From NCBI RefSeq assembly GCF_006345805.1, contig NC_043000.1, forward strand, positions 65,720,001 to 65,784,000: a DNA stretch of 64,000 bases. Direction: 5' to 3'. The notes under the pieces were generated by a model that saw only the letters and a list, made by a program, of their open reading frames with translations, was not told the DNA's origin and searched no databases. The translations under genes and the position numbers were made by a program. Origin of the DNA: Octopus sinensis (lineage: Eukaryota). Of the stretch, positions 1 to 11,065 are shown one piece after another (position 1 is the stretch's first letter; each line of letters opens with the position of its first letter).

Positions 1-23
1 ATATATATATAGATAATATATAT

Positions 24-214
24 AGTAGGCGCAGGAGTAGCAGTGTGGTAAGTAGCTTGTTTACCACCACATGGTTCCGGGAAAGAAGCCCGTCGTATAT
101 ATGGTATATATTATAATGTGTATGTGTGTGTGTTGTGTGTCTGTGGTTTTTGTCCCCCTAGCATTGCTTGACAACCGATGCTGGTGTGTTTATGTCCCCG
201 TCACTTAGCGGTTC
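24..214 (+). mobile_element. tRNA-derived SINE (family A), internally deleted copy running into the assembly gap
   Basis: Head AGGCGCAGGAGTAGCAGTGTGGTAAGTAGCTTG, then the same internal deletion (GGTTCCGG|GAAAGAAGCCC) as the copy at ~1093-1412. Ends at the N run. Confidence 0.8.
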
Positions 215-314
215 NNNNNNNNNNNNNNNNNNNNNNNNNNNNNNNNNNNNNNNNNNNNNNNNNNNNNNNNNNNNNNNNNNNNNNNNNNNNNNNNNNNNNN
301 NNNNNNNNNNNNNN
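215..314. other. Assembly gap (100 N)
   Basis: Run of N. Confidence 1.
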
Positions 315-379
315 GGAGCGAGACAGACAGACAGATAGGCAGGCAGGCAGATAGATAGATAGATATAATAGATAGATAG

Positions 380-657
380 TGCGTCAACATCCAGAACGAC
401 CAGTCTACCCTCCGGGTCTACGAATATCGTCTTGACTTCGAGATCCAGGCTCTTGTGAAAAAGTACCGCGGTGCCACTACCGCCCATCCTCGGAAGACAG
501 GGAGCGAAATAAATGTTAAACTGTCCGCCAAACATGGACTTTAGGGCCCGTGGCTCGTGGAGTCTGGTCTCACTTATGGCTATGATTCCCAAATCATGTG
601 ACTTGATGTCATTTAGGAGGTATCCTTGTTTCCAAGGAGACCCCAAGCCACGCGCAA
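380..657 (-). pseudogene. Fragment of an L1/Tx1-clade LINE ORF2 N-terminal AP endonuclease
   Basis: Translation ARGLGSPWKQGYLL...IIAISETRL...GGSGTAVLF...IFVDPEGRLVVLDV matches the N(V/A)RGL, (Q/S)ET, GxA(I/V)L and D..GR motifs of L1/Tx1 APE domains. Flanked on both sides by (GATA)n. Confidence 0.8.
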
Positions 658-999
658 GATAGATAGACATGTATATGTGTGTGTTTGTGTATCTGTGTGC
701 CTATGTATGTATGTATATATGTATTAACGTATATTTTCATATATTAAAGACAATTTAAGATCAAACAGAAGGACTGTTCAATACTCTTCGTAGAATACAA
801 ATTTATTGTTCTTTAACAAGAATAGTATAGACACTGACTTCGAAGTTTCGGTGAGCTAAGCAGTTTGGCGAAAGAGACCGTTAGAATAAGTACTAGGCTT
901 AAAAAGTATGTTCTAAGGTCGATTTCTTCGACTATATCCTTTTAAGGTGGTGCCCCAGCATGGCCACAATAAAATGGCTGAACAAGTAATATACATATC

Positions 1000-1067
<68 letters not shown>

Positions 1068-1092
1068 GTATATATATATATATATATATATA

Positions 1093-1174
1093 TAGTAGGC
1101 GCAGGAGTAGCAGTGTGGTAAGTAGCTTGTTTACCAACCACATGGTTCCGGGAAAGAAGCCCGTCGTATATATG

Positions 1175-1205
<31 letters not shown>

Positions 1206-1412
1206 TTGTGTGTCTGTGTTTGTCCCCCTAGCATTGCTTGACAACCGATGCTGGTGTGTTTATGTCCCCGTCACTTAGCGGTTCGGCAAAAGAGAACGAT
1301 AGAATAAGTACTGGGCTTACAAAGAATAAGTCCCGGGGTCGAGTTGCTCGATTAAAGGCGGTCCTCCAGCATGGCCGCAGTCAAATGACTGAAACAAATA
1401 AAAGAGTAAAAG
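1093..1412 (+). mobile_element. tRNA-derived SINE (family A) with internal (TA)n(TG)n tract
   Basis: tRNA-like head, internal microsatellite, conserved body GTCCCCGTCACTTAGCGGTTCGGCAAAAGAGA...CAGCATGGCCGCAGTCAAATGACTGAAAC and (TAAAAGA)n tail. The same family recurs at 2924-3125, 6563-6700/8345-8555, 10310-10735, 12366-12850, 30620-30880, 43795-43920 and 61260-61680. Confidence 0.9.
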
Positions 1413-1419
1413 AGAGTAA

Positions 1420-1627
1420 TATAGTTAATCCAAACATGAAAACACAAAGAGAAAACACAACAACACGAGGACGTGGAACAAGTATAGTGTTATTGGACGC
1501 TCAGGAAAGGAAAGAAAGAAGGAGGCTTTAACGCTTCGAGCGGAGCTCTTCGTCAGAAACATATAAAAAGGAAAGATTCAAGGAAGGGAAGACGGAGGAA
1601 AAAAATCGCCAACGATACACACGCGGT

Positions 1628-1630
<3 letters not shown>
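1420..1630 (-). mobile_element. Short PLE pseudo-LTR 3'-end fragment carrying a minimal hammerhead motif
   Basis: Minus strand reads GTTTCTGACGAAGAGCTCCGCTCGAAGCGTTAAAG...CTGAGCG...TTTGGATTAA, clearly homologous to the ends of the Neptune-like pLTRs at 41100-41285 and 59520-59705. Confidence 0.7.
1526..1560 (-). ncRNA. Minimal type I hammerhead motif (A15.1>G, probably inactive)
   Basis: GTTT-CTGACGA-A-GAGC(TCC)GCTC-GAAGC-GTT-AAAG. Core CUGANGA intact; GAAAC mutated to GAAGC. Confidence 0.55.
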
Positions 1631-1658
<28 letters not shown>

Positions 1659-1791
1659 CTACAAGAGTTGAGAAATGAAGTGAGAGAATAGACATTTATT
1701 CCATTCGTTTACAGTTGTTTCATAATCTTGTAAGTTATATAATAGATATTACATCATCCTTCGCATGTACATAAAATATGCAAATAAATAC

Positions 1792-1851
<60 letters not shown>

Positions 1852-2066
1852 ACAACCATATCAACAGAAATGATAAGAAATTTAACAGACCTATTTTTAG
1901 AAGGATTCACTGAAGTTGAAAACATTAACACACACACACACACACACATACACACACACAGTATACCGTAATCAGAAATGGAGAAGTATATAAGCTGTGG
2001 AAGTGAAGATGGTGCCCAGCATGACCACAGCTTAAAAGCTGAAGCAATCAAAAGATTTAAAGATAT

Positions 2067-2104
<38 letters not shown>

Positions 2105-2188
2105 CTAATATAGGAAAATATTTTATACAGAAAAAAATTTCATCAAAAGTGGCAGCATATTAAAATACCCTTAAAGGTTAAAATTTAA

Positions 2189-2433
2189 ACAACTTATAAA
2201 CAAGGGCAAAAGAAAAATTATTTCTATGCCAATATGCTGATAACAGACTTTAAATCGTCAATTTCCACATTTCATTTTACACTCACTATAAATACACGTT
2301 GTGTATTTATAGTGAATACACAACGTGTATTTATAGTGAATGTATAATGAAATGTGGAAATTGACGATTTAAAGTCTGTTATCAGTATATTGGCATAGAA
2401 ATAATTTTTCTTTTGTCCTTGTTTATAAGTTGT
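2189..2433. repeat. Near-perfect ~245-bp palindrome (foldback element)
   Basis: ACAACTTATAAACAAGGGCAAAAG... at 2189 is the reverse complement of ...CTTTTGTCCTTGTTTATAAGTTGT at 2433. The arms meet at a very short centre near 2305-2316. Confidence 0.9.
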
Positions 2434-2832
2434 ATATATATATAAAGGAAAGAATAAATAGAGTCAAAAGGAAAAGGGAGTACGATCAATTCGACAGTTA
2501 TTTAATGACCGCTACACATGTTTCGATAGATCCACATGTATACAGGATTTAAATTTAAATTAAGTGACGGTTTAACTGTTTTATAGGAACTAGTTGTATC
2601 TTCTCTGATGATATAAATTCGCTGTCTCTGTAAGTATGTGTTTGATTTTGATGCCATCACATCCAACAGGCGCCTTTGAATCTAGCAGACGTTGACAGTT
2701 TATTTTTTACATACTAGTCATGCCTAAGCCTAGAATTGGTAGTATATCATAATACTTCCTGTTATCTGGTAATTGTAAGGGTGAACAAGCTCTATTTTGC
2801 ACTCTAGTACATTCTTAACGGAATACACCGAA

Positions 2833-2923
<91 letters not shown>

Positions 2924-2925
<2 letters not shown>

Positions 2926-3125
2926 ATTCTTTTACAGGTTTCAGTCATTTGACTGCAGCCATGCTAGAACACTGCCTTAAATGGTTTTAGTCGAAAAAAT
3001 CGACTCCAGGATTTACTCTTTTGCCGAACCGGTAAGTTAAGGGGACATAAACACACCAACATTGGTAGTCAAACGATGTTGGGGGACAAGCACAAATACG
3101 AAGACACAGACACACACACACACAA
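2924..3125 (-). mobile_element. SINE family A, 3' half
   Basis: Reverse complement of the family A tail (GTTTCAGTCATTTGACTGCAGCCATGCT...GGGGACATAAACACACC). Confidence 0.8.
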
Positions 3126-3134
3126 ATATATATG

Positions 3135-3531
3135 TCTGTATAAGTTAGAGATTTAGCAACCATCTAAGGGATAGTAAATATCCAATATACTACTGGATAT
3201 ATAACTACGTATTTATATCCAATGGTTGAGTCCCAAGGCTTCATCAGAGAGACCAAATGTTAGGAAACTAACATGTGGGGAAGTAGTTAAAATAATAAAG
3301 TAAAACAAAAATAACATAATAGAAATAGTAAGGAATGGTAAGAGCGTCATTTCAAGGTGCTATCATAATCCATGGTATTACATCTTATGGTAAAGAAAGT
3401 CACTTTCAGGAGAAATTTCCGTAGGCTGTGAGAGTTACATCGTGTTTCAATTATACTTATTTTAACTTACTTCCCCACATATTAGTTTCTAACATTTGGT
3501 ATCTCTGATGAAGCCTTGGGATCAACCATTG
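3135..3531. repeat. Inverted repeat of a PLE-type 3' end (arms ~3221-3310 and ~3451-3531)
   Basis: CAATGGTTGAGTCCCAAGGCTTCATCAGAGAGACCAAATGTTAG versus CTAACATTTGGTATCTCTGATGAAGCCTTGGGATCAACCATTG. Each arm has CTGATGA pointing outward. Confidence 0.7.
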
Positions 3532-3995
3532 TCAAACCCCTGTCCGATACTTGTTCAACCTTTGCAAAATCCTTGTATATTCCTAGCGTGATGTGGAAAA
3601 CTTGGGAGATTGGGTAACTCCATGGTAGAAACAGCTGTGAGAGTTTAGTATTTGTTCACTCGTTCTTCTTCGTTTATTTTTATTTATCTACTTATTTACT
3701 TATTTATTTGCTTATTTCATTCGTTTATTTGGATCACTTATACATATGGTTGTAATCAATTAATAAATAGATATAATTGAATGTTTACAGGCTGATGTTT
3801 GTCGATTGTTTATCCTCTCCATTTTCAACTGTAATATCATGTTTATAACTTCTCCGTTTTTATAATGTTATGTGCTTTGTATACTTATTTTATGACCAAA
3901 TATGATGCCTTGACTAATTCTTCCTTTTTTTCTTTCAGGACTGTTTGTGCAGGTGCGAAGTGGCTTTTGAGATGTGTTCTTCCTAGACCTGTGAA

Positions 3996-6010
3996 ATGGC
4001 ATCATCTTCTTCAGGTAGTTCATAACACAGGTTAAGGAAAGATTTTCATGTGACTATTGAAAATACTACCCTCGAATCGGAAAGTTTTAAGCGTTTTTTC
4101 TACAATGTAAGAGTTGTAAATCTTACAACGAAGGAAAGTGCAGCATTAGTGTTTCAAGGAGTTTCCATTTTTTGACAAAAAGTAAGAATACCTACCAGAA
4201 GGACTAACCACTTCTTTGATAAGGCTCTCACACTCTATGATGACTGGAAAAGCCTACAGAAAAATTTGACCAGAACTACAGGCAAGGAAAAAGAAAACAG
4301 AACTTTTGTGGAAATAATGGAGATCTCTATGACACAGCACATTCAGATGCTTTTTAAGCAGATGAAGTTTGAAGAGGATAAAAAGTTCTTAATCCTTCAA
4401 AAGCTAAAATACAAGGAAAAAAGAGCACTGAAGCGTATTTCAATGGAAACTATCAGGAAAAAATGGTTTTATAAAGAAATGGAACAAAATTTTGCTATGG
4501 AACAAAATGAAACAAAATTTTGTTACTCATCAGTTTGCTACATCAGGAACTGGTGATTCAACATCAAGCAGCCAAAGCAGTGGTGGTGGTGACGACAATG
4601 AAAATTCCTCTGTCATCGTTCAGCAAATATCAGCAACAACAATAACTATTCCAGCAACTCGAGGTACATTGCCGTTTTTTACTCCTCATCTCACTGAAGC
4701 TTTTGATAGGTGCAAAATCACTGACAGAAATGGGGTTTGCATATTAATGGCTGCTGCAGAGGCTTTTGGGCGTAATACTGAAAACCTGGTAATAAATCGC
4801 ACTTCTTTTTAACACCTTGAAAAAAAATTAGAGGAACGATTGTCAAGAATTAGTGTTGCACTGGGATAGAAAGCTGCTCCCAGCACTCACAGGCGTTGAA
4901 AAGATTGATAGACTGGCAATAATAGTAACTTTTCAAGATAAGGAGCAATTGTTGGGAGCCTCTGAAATTCCAACATCATCAGGAGAACAGCAAGCCAAGA
5001 AGTGAGTGAGGTATAACCGACAAAATTCAGGCACTTTGCTGTGATACGACAGCAAGCAACACAGGTCGAGTGAATGGTACCAGTACAAATCTAGAAAAAT
5101 TGTTCAATCGCGACCTGTTGTACTTCCCTTGCCGTCATCACATTTTTGGATTAGTTTTTAGGAGCTGTTTTGACTCACTGATGGGTGCAACTTCTGGTCC
5201 TGGCATGGCGTTTTTTAAAAGATTTAGAGAAACCTGAACGAAACTCAACAAGAAGGTTTATATAACTGGAAGCAATGAAGTGCCTGATGATGCCTTCTCT
5301 ACCATTCTTGGATTTCTTGAATAACACCTTTCTACGCAGAAGTAACAGGGATATGATTACCAAGAATTGTTGGAGTTAACGATGATCTTTCTTGGCGGCA
5401 TTCCGAAGAACGGGATATCGATTCGTACATCAGGAACTGTAAGTCAGCATGAGGTGGATGTCAAAAGCAATTTACGCATTCAAGATATATCTGTTTCAAG
5501 ATCAATTTCAGTTATGTTCTAACGAAGAACTCTTTAAGAAGAATATGTATTTTTCTTGCTCGAGTGTATGTTCTAGTCTGGTTTCTGTCATCAGAAGCAA
5601 TTAAAGCACCTTATCATGATTTCCTTTTCATGCGTCAACTGATAAATTATCAGGGTATTGATCCGATAATCAGTAAGGCTGCTGCGAAAACATTTCCCAG
5701 CCATCTCTGGTAGTTAGCTCCCGAAAATGTGGCTCGATCCATATTTGATGACAATATTCCAACAGAGGGGAAACCAAATATTGCTCAAGTTATTCTGGAA
5801 GCAAGCAAAGGTGAAGAAGAGGGAGAAGAAAAAAGTCAACTGAAGAGGTACATTCTGCACCAAAATGACTTTTCTTCCTGTTCAAACATCGAGTTTTCGT
5901 CTTTTTTAACTCCTGGTACAAAAACTTTCTTCACAAGATTTTCTATCAGCATCGATTTCTTCGACAAAGACCCTTCAACATGGAAGGATGATCCTGGTTA
6001 CAAAAGTGGA
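3996..6010 (+). pseudogene. Degraded DDE transposase of hAT-related type (hATm / cc8L18.2-like)
   Basis: Motifs read across frameshifts and stops: KVRIPTR, EAFDRCKITDRNGVCILMAAAEAFG..LVINRTS, LHWDRKLL, CFDTTASNTG (frameshifted), FPCRHHIF (CxxH), RWMSKAIYAFKIYLF, HLW*LAPE and FFDKDPSTW. The subfamily name is inference. Confidence 0.8.
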
Positions 6011-6562
6011 AATATATATATACATTACCGATCAACAGAGGGAAATCATTTGCCTTCGGTTCACGTCAGGGCTTCGGGACTGGAACAGAGGCGGAACGAA
6101 TCTTTGTCTGAATGCTTGCAACAAATTGAACCCCACTTAAGGCACCCAAAGTGCTTAATGGTAATGTTAAATAAGAAGATGGTTTACGTCTACTAACCAT
6201 GTAGGTCATGCTCAGAACTCAAACTTCCCTGAACAACTATTGCAAAGCATCCAATCCGACGTTCTAATAGCTCCTCCTATCCACCGGTGCTTTTTTTTTA
6301 TTTTTATCGATCCCGAAAGGATAAAGGTAAAGTTAACGTAGGTGATATTTGAACTCAGAAAGTAGAAGCGTCGGGACAAATACTGCGATTTACTGCGTGC
6401 AGAATTTAGTTACGCTTCTTACGTTCTCAACCCTTCCGACGCTAAATTTGGTCTTTCATTCAGGAAGATGAAAGGCAAAACAAAATAAATAAAATACCGG
6501 TCAAATACAGGGATTGGTTTACATTCAAGAAATGCGTAATAAAAATCTAAAATAAGAGACCC

Positions 6563-6693
6563 AAGTGTAGCTGTACGGTAAGAAGCTTGCTTACCAACCA
6601 CATGGTTCCGAGTTCAGTCCACTGCGTGGCACCTTGAGCCGACCAGCCTTATGAGTGGATTTTGTACACGGAAACTGAAAGAAGCCCGTCATA

Positions 6694-6700
<7 letters not shown>
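6563..6700 (+). mobile_element. SINE family A, 5' half (3' half at 8345-8555)
   Basis: Head ...GGTAAGAAGCTTGCTTACCAACCACATGGTTCC...GAAAGAAGCCCGTC ends in the internal TA tract. The tail resumes after the (TA)n at 8345. Confidence 0.8.
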
Positions 6701-6737
<37 letters not shown>

Positions 6738-6899
6738 TATATATGTATATATACAATTCATAAATGAGGGCAAAGGAAAAAATTCTAATGCCAAATATGC
6801 CGAAAAATTGGACATATTGTCCATTAACCATATAATTTTTCACACAATACGCACGCTACTCGAAAAAAGGTCGACAAAATTTCTAAAAAAATCCATTAT

Positions 6900-6961
6900 T
6901 ACCATATCGGACCGGACGATTTCAGAGTTAGCTACTAAGAGCCCTCTCTTCGTCAGTGATA
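6900..6961 (-). ncRNA. Type I hammerhead ribozyme (left arm)
   Basis: Minus strand: TATCA-CTGACGA-AGAG...CTCT-GAAA-TCG(TCCGGTC)CGAT-A|TGGTA. Same as the right-arm copy except for a 4-nt insertion in loop III. Confidence 0.7.
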
Positions 6962-7397
6962 CATGTGGCCAAAAGAAATAAATGAGATACTTACTCATAC
7001 CTGGAAGAAGCAAATACTAAGTCATGGGCACAACTAAGTACCCCAAATACATCCAAAATAGAAATACTCCAGCCCATTCGAGGCACGTGCGATTTGAACG
7101 GAGGCTCTCACAGAGTGAGTTAGTTAGTTCGGAAGTGAACGCTTAAATTTATATCAAATTTATATCAAAATTTTTTTCGAAAAGAATTTTATCCTCACAT
7201 TTGATATAAATTTAAGCGTTCACTTCCGAACTAACTAACTCACTCTGTGAGAGCCTCAGTTCAAATCGCACATGCCTCGAATGGGCTGGAGTATTTCTAT
7301 TTTGGATGTATTTGGGGTACTTAGTTGTGCCCATGACTTAGTATTTGCTTCTTCCATGGGTATGAGTAAGTATCTCATTTATTTCTTTTGCCACATG

Positions 7398-7455
7398 TAT
7401 CACTGACGAAGAGAGGGCTCTTAGTAGCTAACTCTGAAATCGGTCCGATATGGTA
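7398..7455 (+). ncRNA. Type I hammerhead ribozyme (right arm)
   Basis: Stem I TATCA/TGGTA; core CTGACGA 7403-7409; stem II AGAG/CTCT with inner TTAG/CTAA hairpin; GAAA 7436-7439; stem III ATCG/CGAT; predicted cleavage after AUA at 7450. Confidence 0.75.
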
Positions 7456-7710
7456 ATAATGGAATATTTTAGAAATTTCTGTCGACCTTTTTTCGAGTAA
7501 CGTGCGTATTGTGAAAAAATTATATGGTTAATGGACAATATGTCCAATTTTTCGGCATATTTGGCATTAGAATTTTTTCCTTTGCCCTCATTTATGAATT
7601 GTTTATAAATTTAACCGGTAAAGATATTTTTTAATATGTTGGCCATTGATAAATTTTTTTTCGAGAAAAAGAATTTTATCCTCACATTTGATATATATAT
7701 ATATATATAT

Positions 7711-7940
7711 TTCTTTACTACCCACAAGGGGCTAAACACAGAGGGGACAAACAAGGACAGACAAAGGGATTAAGTCGACTACATCGACCCCAGTGCGTAA
7801 CTGGTACTTAATTTATCGACCCCGAAAGGATGAAAGGCAAAGTCGACCTCGGCGGAATTTGAACTCGGAACGTAACGACAGACGAAATACGGCTACGAAT
7901 CTCGCCCGGCGTGCTAACGTTTCTACCAGCTCGCCGCCTT
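7711..7940 (-). mobile_element. tRNA-derived SINE (family B), full length
   Basis: Reverse complement of AGGCGGCGAGCTGGTAGAAACGTTAGCACGCCGGGCG...GAGTTCAAATTCCGCCGAGGTCGACTTTGCCTTTCATCC...CCCCTTGTGGGTAGTAAAGAAA. Other copies or fragments at 6290-6420, 19240-19440, 26833-27045, 51900-51970 and 62514-63010. Confidence 0.9.
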
Positions 7941-7959
7941 GAATATATATATATAACAC

Positions 7960-8344
<385 letters not shown>

Positions 8345-8356
<12 letters not shown>

Positions 8357-8555
8357 CTGTGTTCCCCCCACCCACAAGCATCGCTTAAGAATCGATGTTA
8401 GTGGGTTTACGTCCCCGTAACTTAGCGGTTCGGCAAAAGAGACCGGTAGAATAATTACTAGGCTTACAAAGAATATGTCGTGGGGTCGATCTGCTCGACT
8501 AAAGGCAGTGCTCCAGCATGGTCGCAGTCATGTGACTGAAACGAATAAAAGAATA
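8345..8555 (+). mobile_element. SINE family A, 3' half
   Basis: GTCCCCGTAACTTAGCGGTTCGGCAAAAGAGACC...CAGCATGGTCGCAGTCATGTGACTGAAACGAATAAAAGAATAAAAG. Confidence 0.85.
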
Positions 8556-9879
8556 AAAGAATAATAATCTAACAGGTAATCCAACCGTGACCACCTTATC
8601 TTTTCCGGTATATGTATGACAACGTTATCCAAGTGTCCTTTCATTATTTATTGAAGACGGTTTTGGTGCTATTTCTAACAGGCCGAAGGTCCATGTTACC
8701 ACTTCTCGTTGCGCTGGTGATAGAGGAAGTGTTAGCGGAAGGCACGAGGGTTATGGATTTTGATCAAAATAGTGTTATTTGTGTCCATTTATTCCCTCCG
8801 TTCGTTTCCTCTGCGTGACATCTAGTACTTTTTACCATCGGTCCGCGTCGACTGAAGCCCAGTAAGTAAAATATGGTAGACGGAATCTGCGTGGAAACTT
8901 GTCAGATTGATTTTATCTGTAATTTTAAAGTCCAGTCATTATCACAGTGTCATACTGATTCCGCCTGAAAATTACGTTGAAAGATACCAGTTTCTATGGA
9001 ATATTCAGCCAAAGATACTTCAGTTGATCGAACGAATACTCATTGTAGAAACAAACGGAAATCCGTTTACTTCATTCTTTTTTACTATAATAGTATAACT
9101 GATGGCTATTACAATACCGTATGTACTCCAGCCCAATCTTCGCAACAACCATGAAACATTATTTGCTATGAAGTAATTAATATCATAATATTGTCAACCA
9201 ACACATATTAAAAATCGCTTTCAGCTTGTAACAAAAACAAAAGAAATTTCAAATGAAAAATTCAAGTATTTGCTTCACATGTAGTTAAATGTACAGGACA
9301 CAATTCTTTCTACAGATAGCCCAGAGAAGATATTTAACGCACTTCGCTACTTAACGCTAGTTTTCGCGTTGATAAGAAGTTTCCACAGCAAAATTGCTTA
9401 AAATAGAATATTTTTTTAATAAGCTCTGACATCATCTCATGCGGTATGAGAAATGATGAACAAAGAGAAATGGCTTGGTGAGATTACCATCATGCAGGCG
9501 ATAGCTGAATGCAAGAGTGTGTAATATTTAGATATGATGCTGAGGTACTACTGGATAGGATATGATGTAATGGGATAGGAGAGGAAGTAACAGCATAGGA
9601 AAGGTTAATAGTATAGACATACGTATAGTATTATTTCTTTATTAGACATACGTATAGTATAGCGTCGGCCAAAGTGAAAACGTGTGTCTCAAACTTAAGA
9701 AGAGCAAAGCTTACGGAAACAAGGCATTTCTGAAAAATTTGTCAAAACGTGTAATTCTACAACACGGAAGCTATTTATCCTTCACATTCACGCTTCATGG
9801 AACCAGCGCTGGATTAACCATTAAGCAAAATAAGCATGTGCTCAGGGCATCAAGGGAAGATGGGGGCACCACAGAAATG

Positions 9880-10053
9880 GTAAATGGTTTACGGAACCAA
9901 AGAAATCACTTTAAACTTACTAAAATGATATTTGGGATATCTTTATCTCTGTTAAGTATAGATGCAGATGTGTTACCTAAGATTAATTTTGAGGATTTGA
10001 TCAAATACTTTGCAATTCAAAAATGTAGGAGGAAACGTTTCAAATACAAATAA
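9880..10053 (+). pseudogene. hAT transposase C-terminal dimerisation-domain remnant
   Basis: LSLLSIDADVLPKINFEDLIKYFAIQKCR resembles the hATC end L..LSIE.D.L..I.F.D.I..FA..K.R. Confidence 0.55.
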
Positions 10054-10309
10054 AGTGGAAGTATACAAAAATAAACATTATTTTTCCCCTCTTACTGTTT
10101 TGTTTCGTTTTGAAAAATAAAAATTTATTTTATGGTTTGTTTTTGTTTATATTTTGAATCACATAATCTTTTATGGGGGAACCAAAATCTTCTAAGTGCT
10201 TAGGGCCTCGATGGGTCAAAGAGCATGGAAGTCACTGGGAAATAGGCTCTGTGTTGGCTGGATCTCAATTTATGGCAAAACTTAAAGAACGTAATGGTTC
10301 TGTTAAACA

Positions 10310-10442
10310 GATAGTTGGCGTGGATGTGTGGTAAGAAGTTTGATTCCATGCCACATGGTTCCGGGTTCAGTCTCATAGCTTCAGACCAACCAGGTCCTTG
10401 TGAGTGGATTTGGTAAATAGAAACTAAAAGAAGACCGCCTAA

Positions 10443-10474
<32 letters not shown>

Positions 10475-10735
10475 CGTGCGCGTGTGTGTGTGTGTGCGCG
10501 TGTGTGTGTGTGCGCGTGCGTGTGTGTGCGTGTGTATTTCCCCTACCAGCGCACGAAAACTGGTATTGGTGTGTTTACGTCCAAATCTAGCGGTTCGGCA
10601 AACGAAACCGATAGAATAAGTGACATGCTTAAAATAAAAAATAAGTACTGGGGTCATTTCATTCGACTAAAGATTCTGCGAGGCAGTGCTGCAACATGGG
10701 CCCAGTCTAATGACTGAAACAAGTAAAAAGAAAAC
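10310..10735 (+). mobile_element. SINE family A with internal (TG)n/(CGTG)n tract
   Basis: Head GGCGTGGATGTGTGGTAAGAAG...GGTTCCGGGTTCAGTC and tail ...GACTGAAACAAGTAAAAAG. Confidence 0.8.
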
Positions 10736-10739
10736 GAAA

Positions 10740-11065
<326 letters not shown>

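Larger units (their letters stand above)
6753..7700. mobile_element. Non-autonomous PLE-derived palindrome: two ~405-bp inverted arms (6753-7159, 7199-7602) with outward-facing hammerheads
   Basis: Arms are near-identical reverse complements, inserted in a TA tract. The spacer sequence is repeated at 7653-7697. Confidence 0.85.

Noticed and set aside
24-214. Near-exact duplicate of 1093-1284 sharing the same internal deletion
   Set aside because: It abuts a 100-N gap, so it is most likely redundant contig-end sequence rather than a biological duplication.
829-860. GAAAC-TTCGAA-GTC half-hammerhead on the minus strand, and a similar one at ~52066-52110
   Set aside because: No intact CUGANGA or matching stem I; too degenerate to call.
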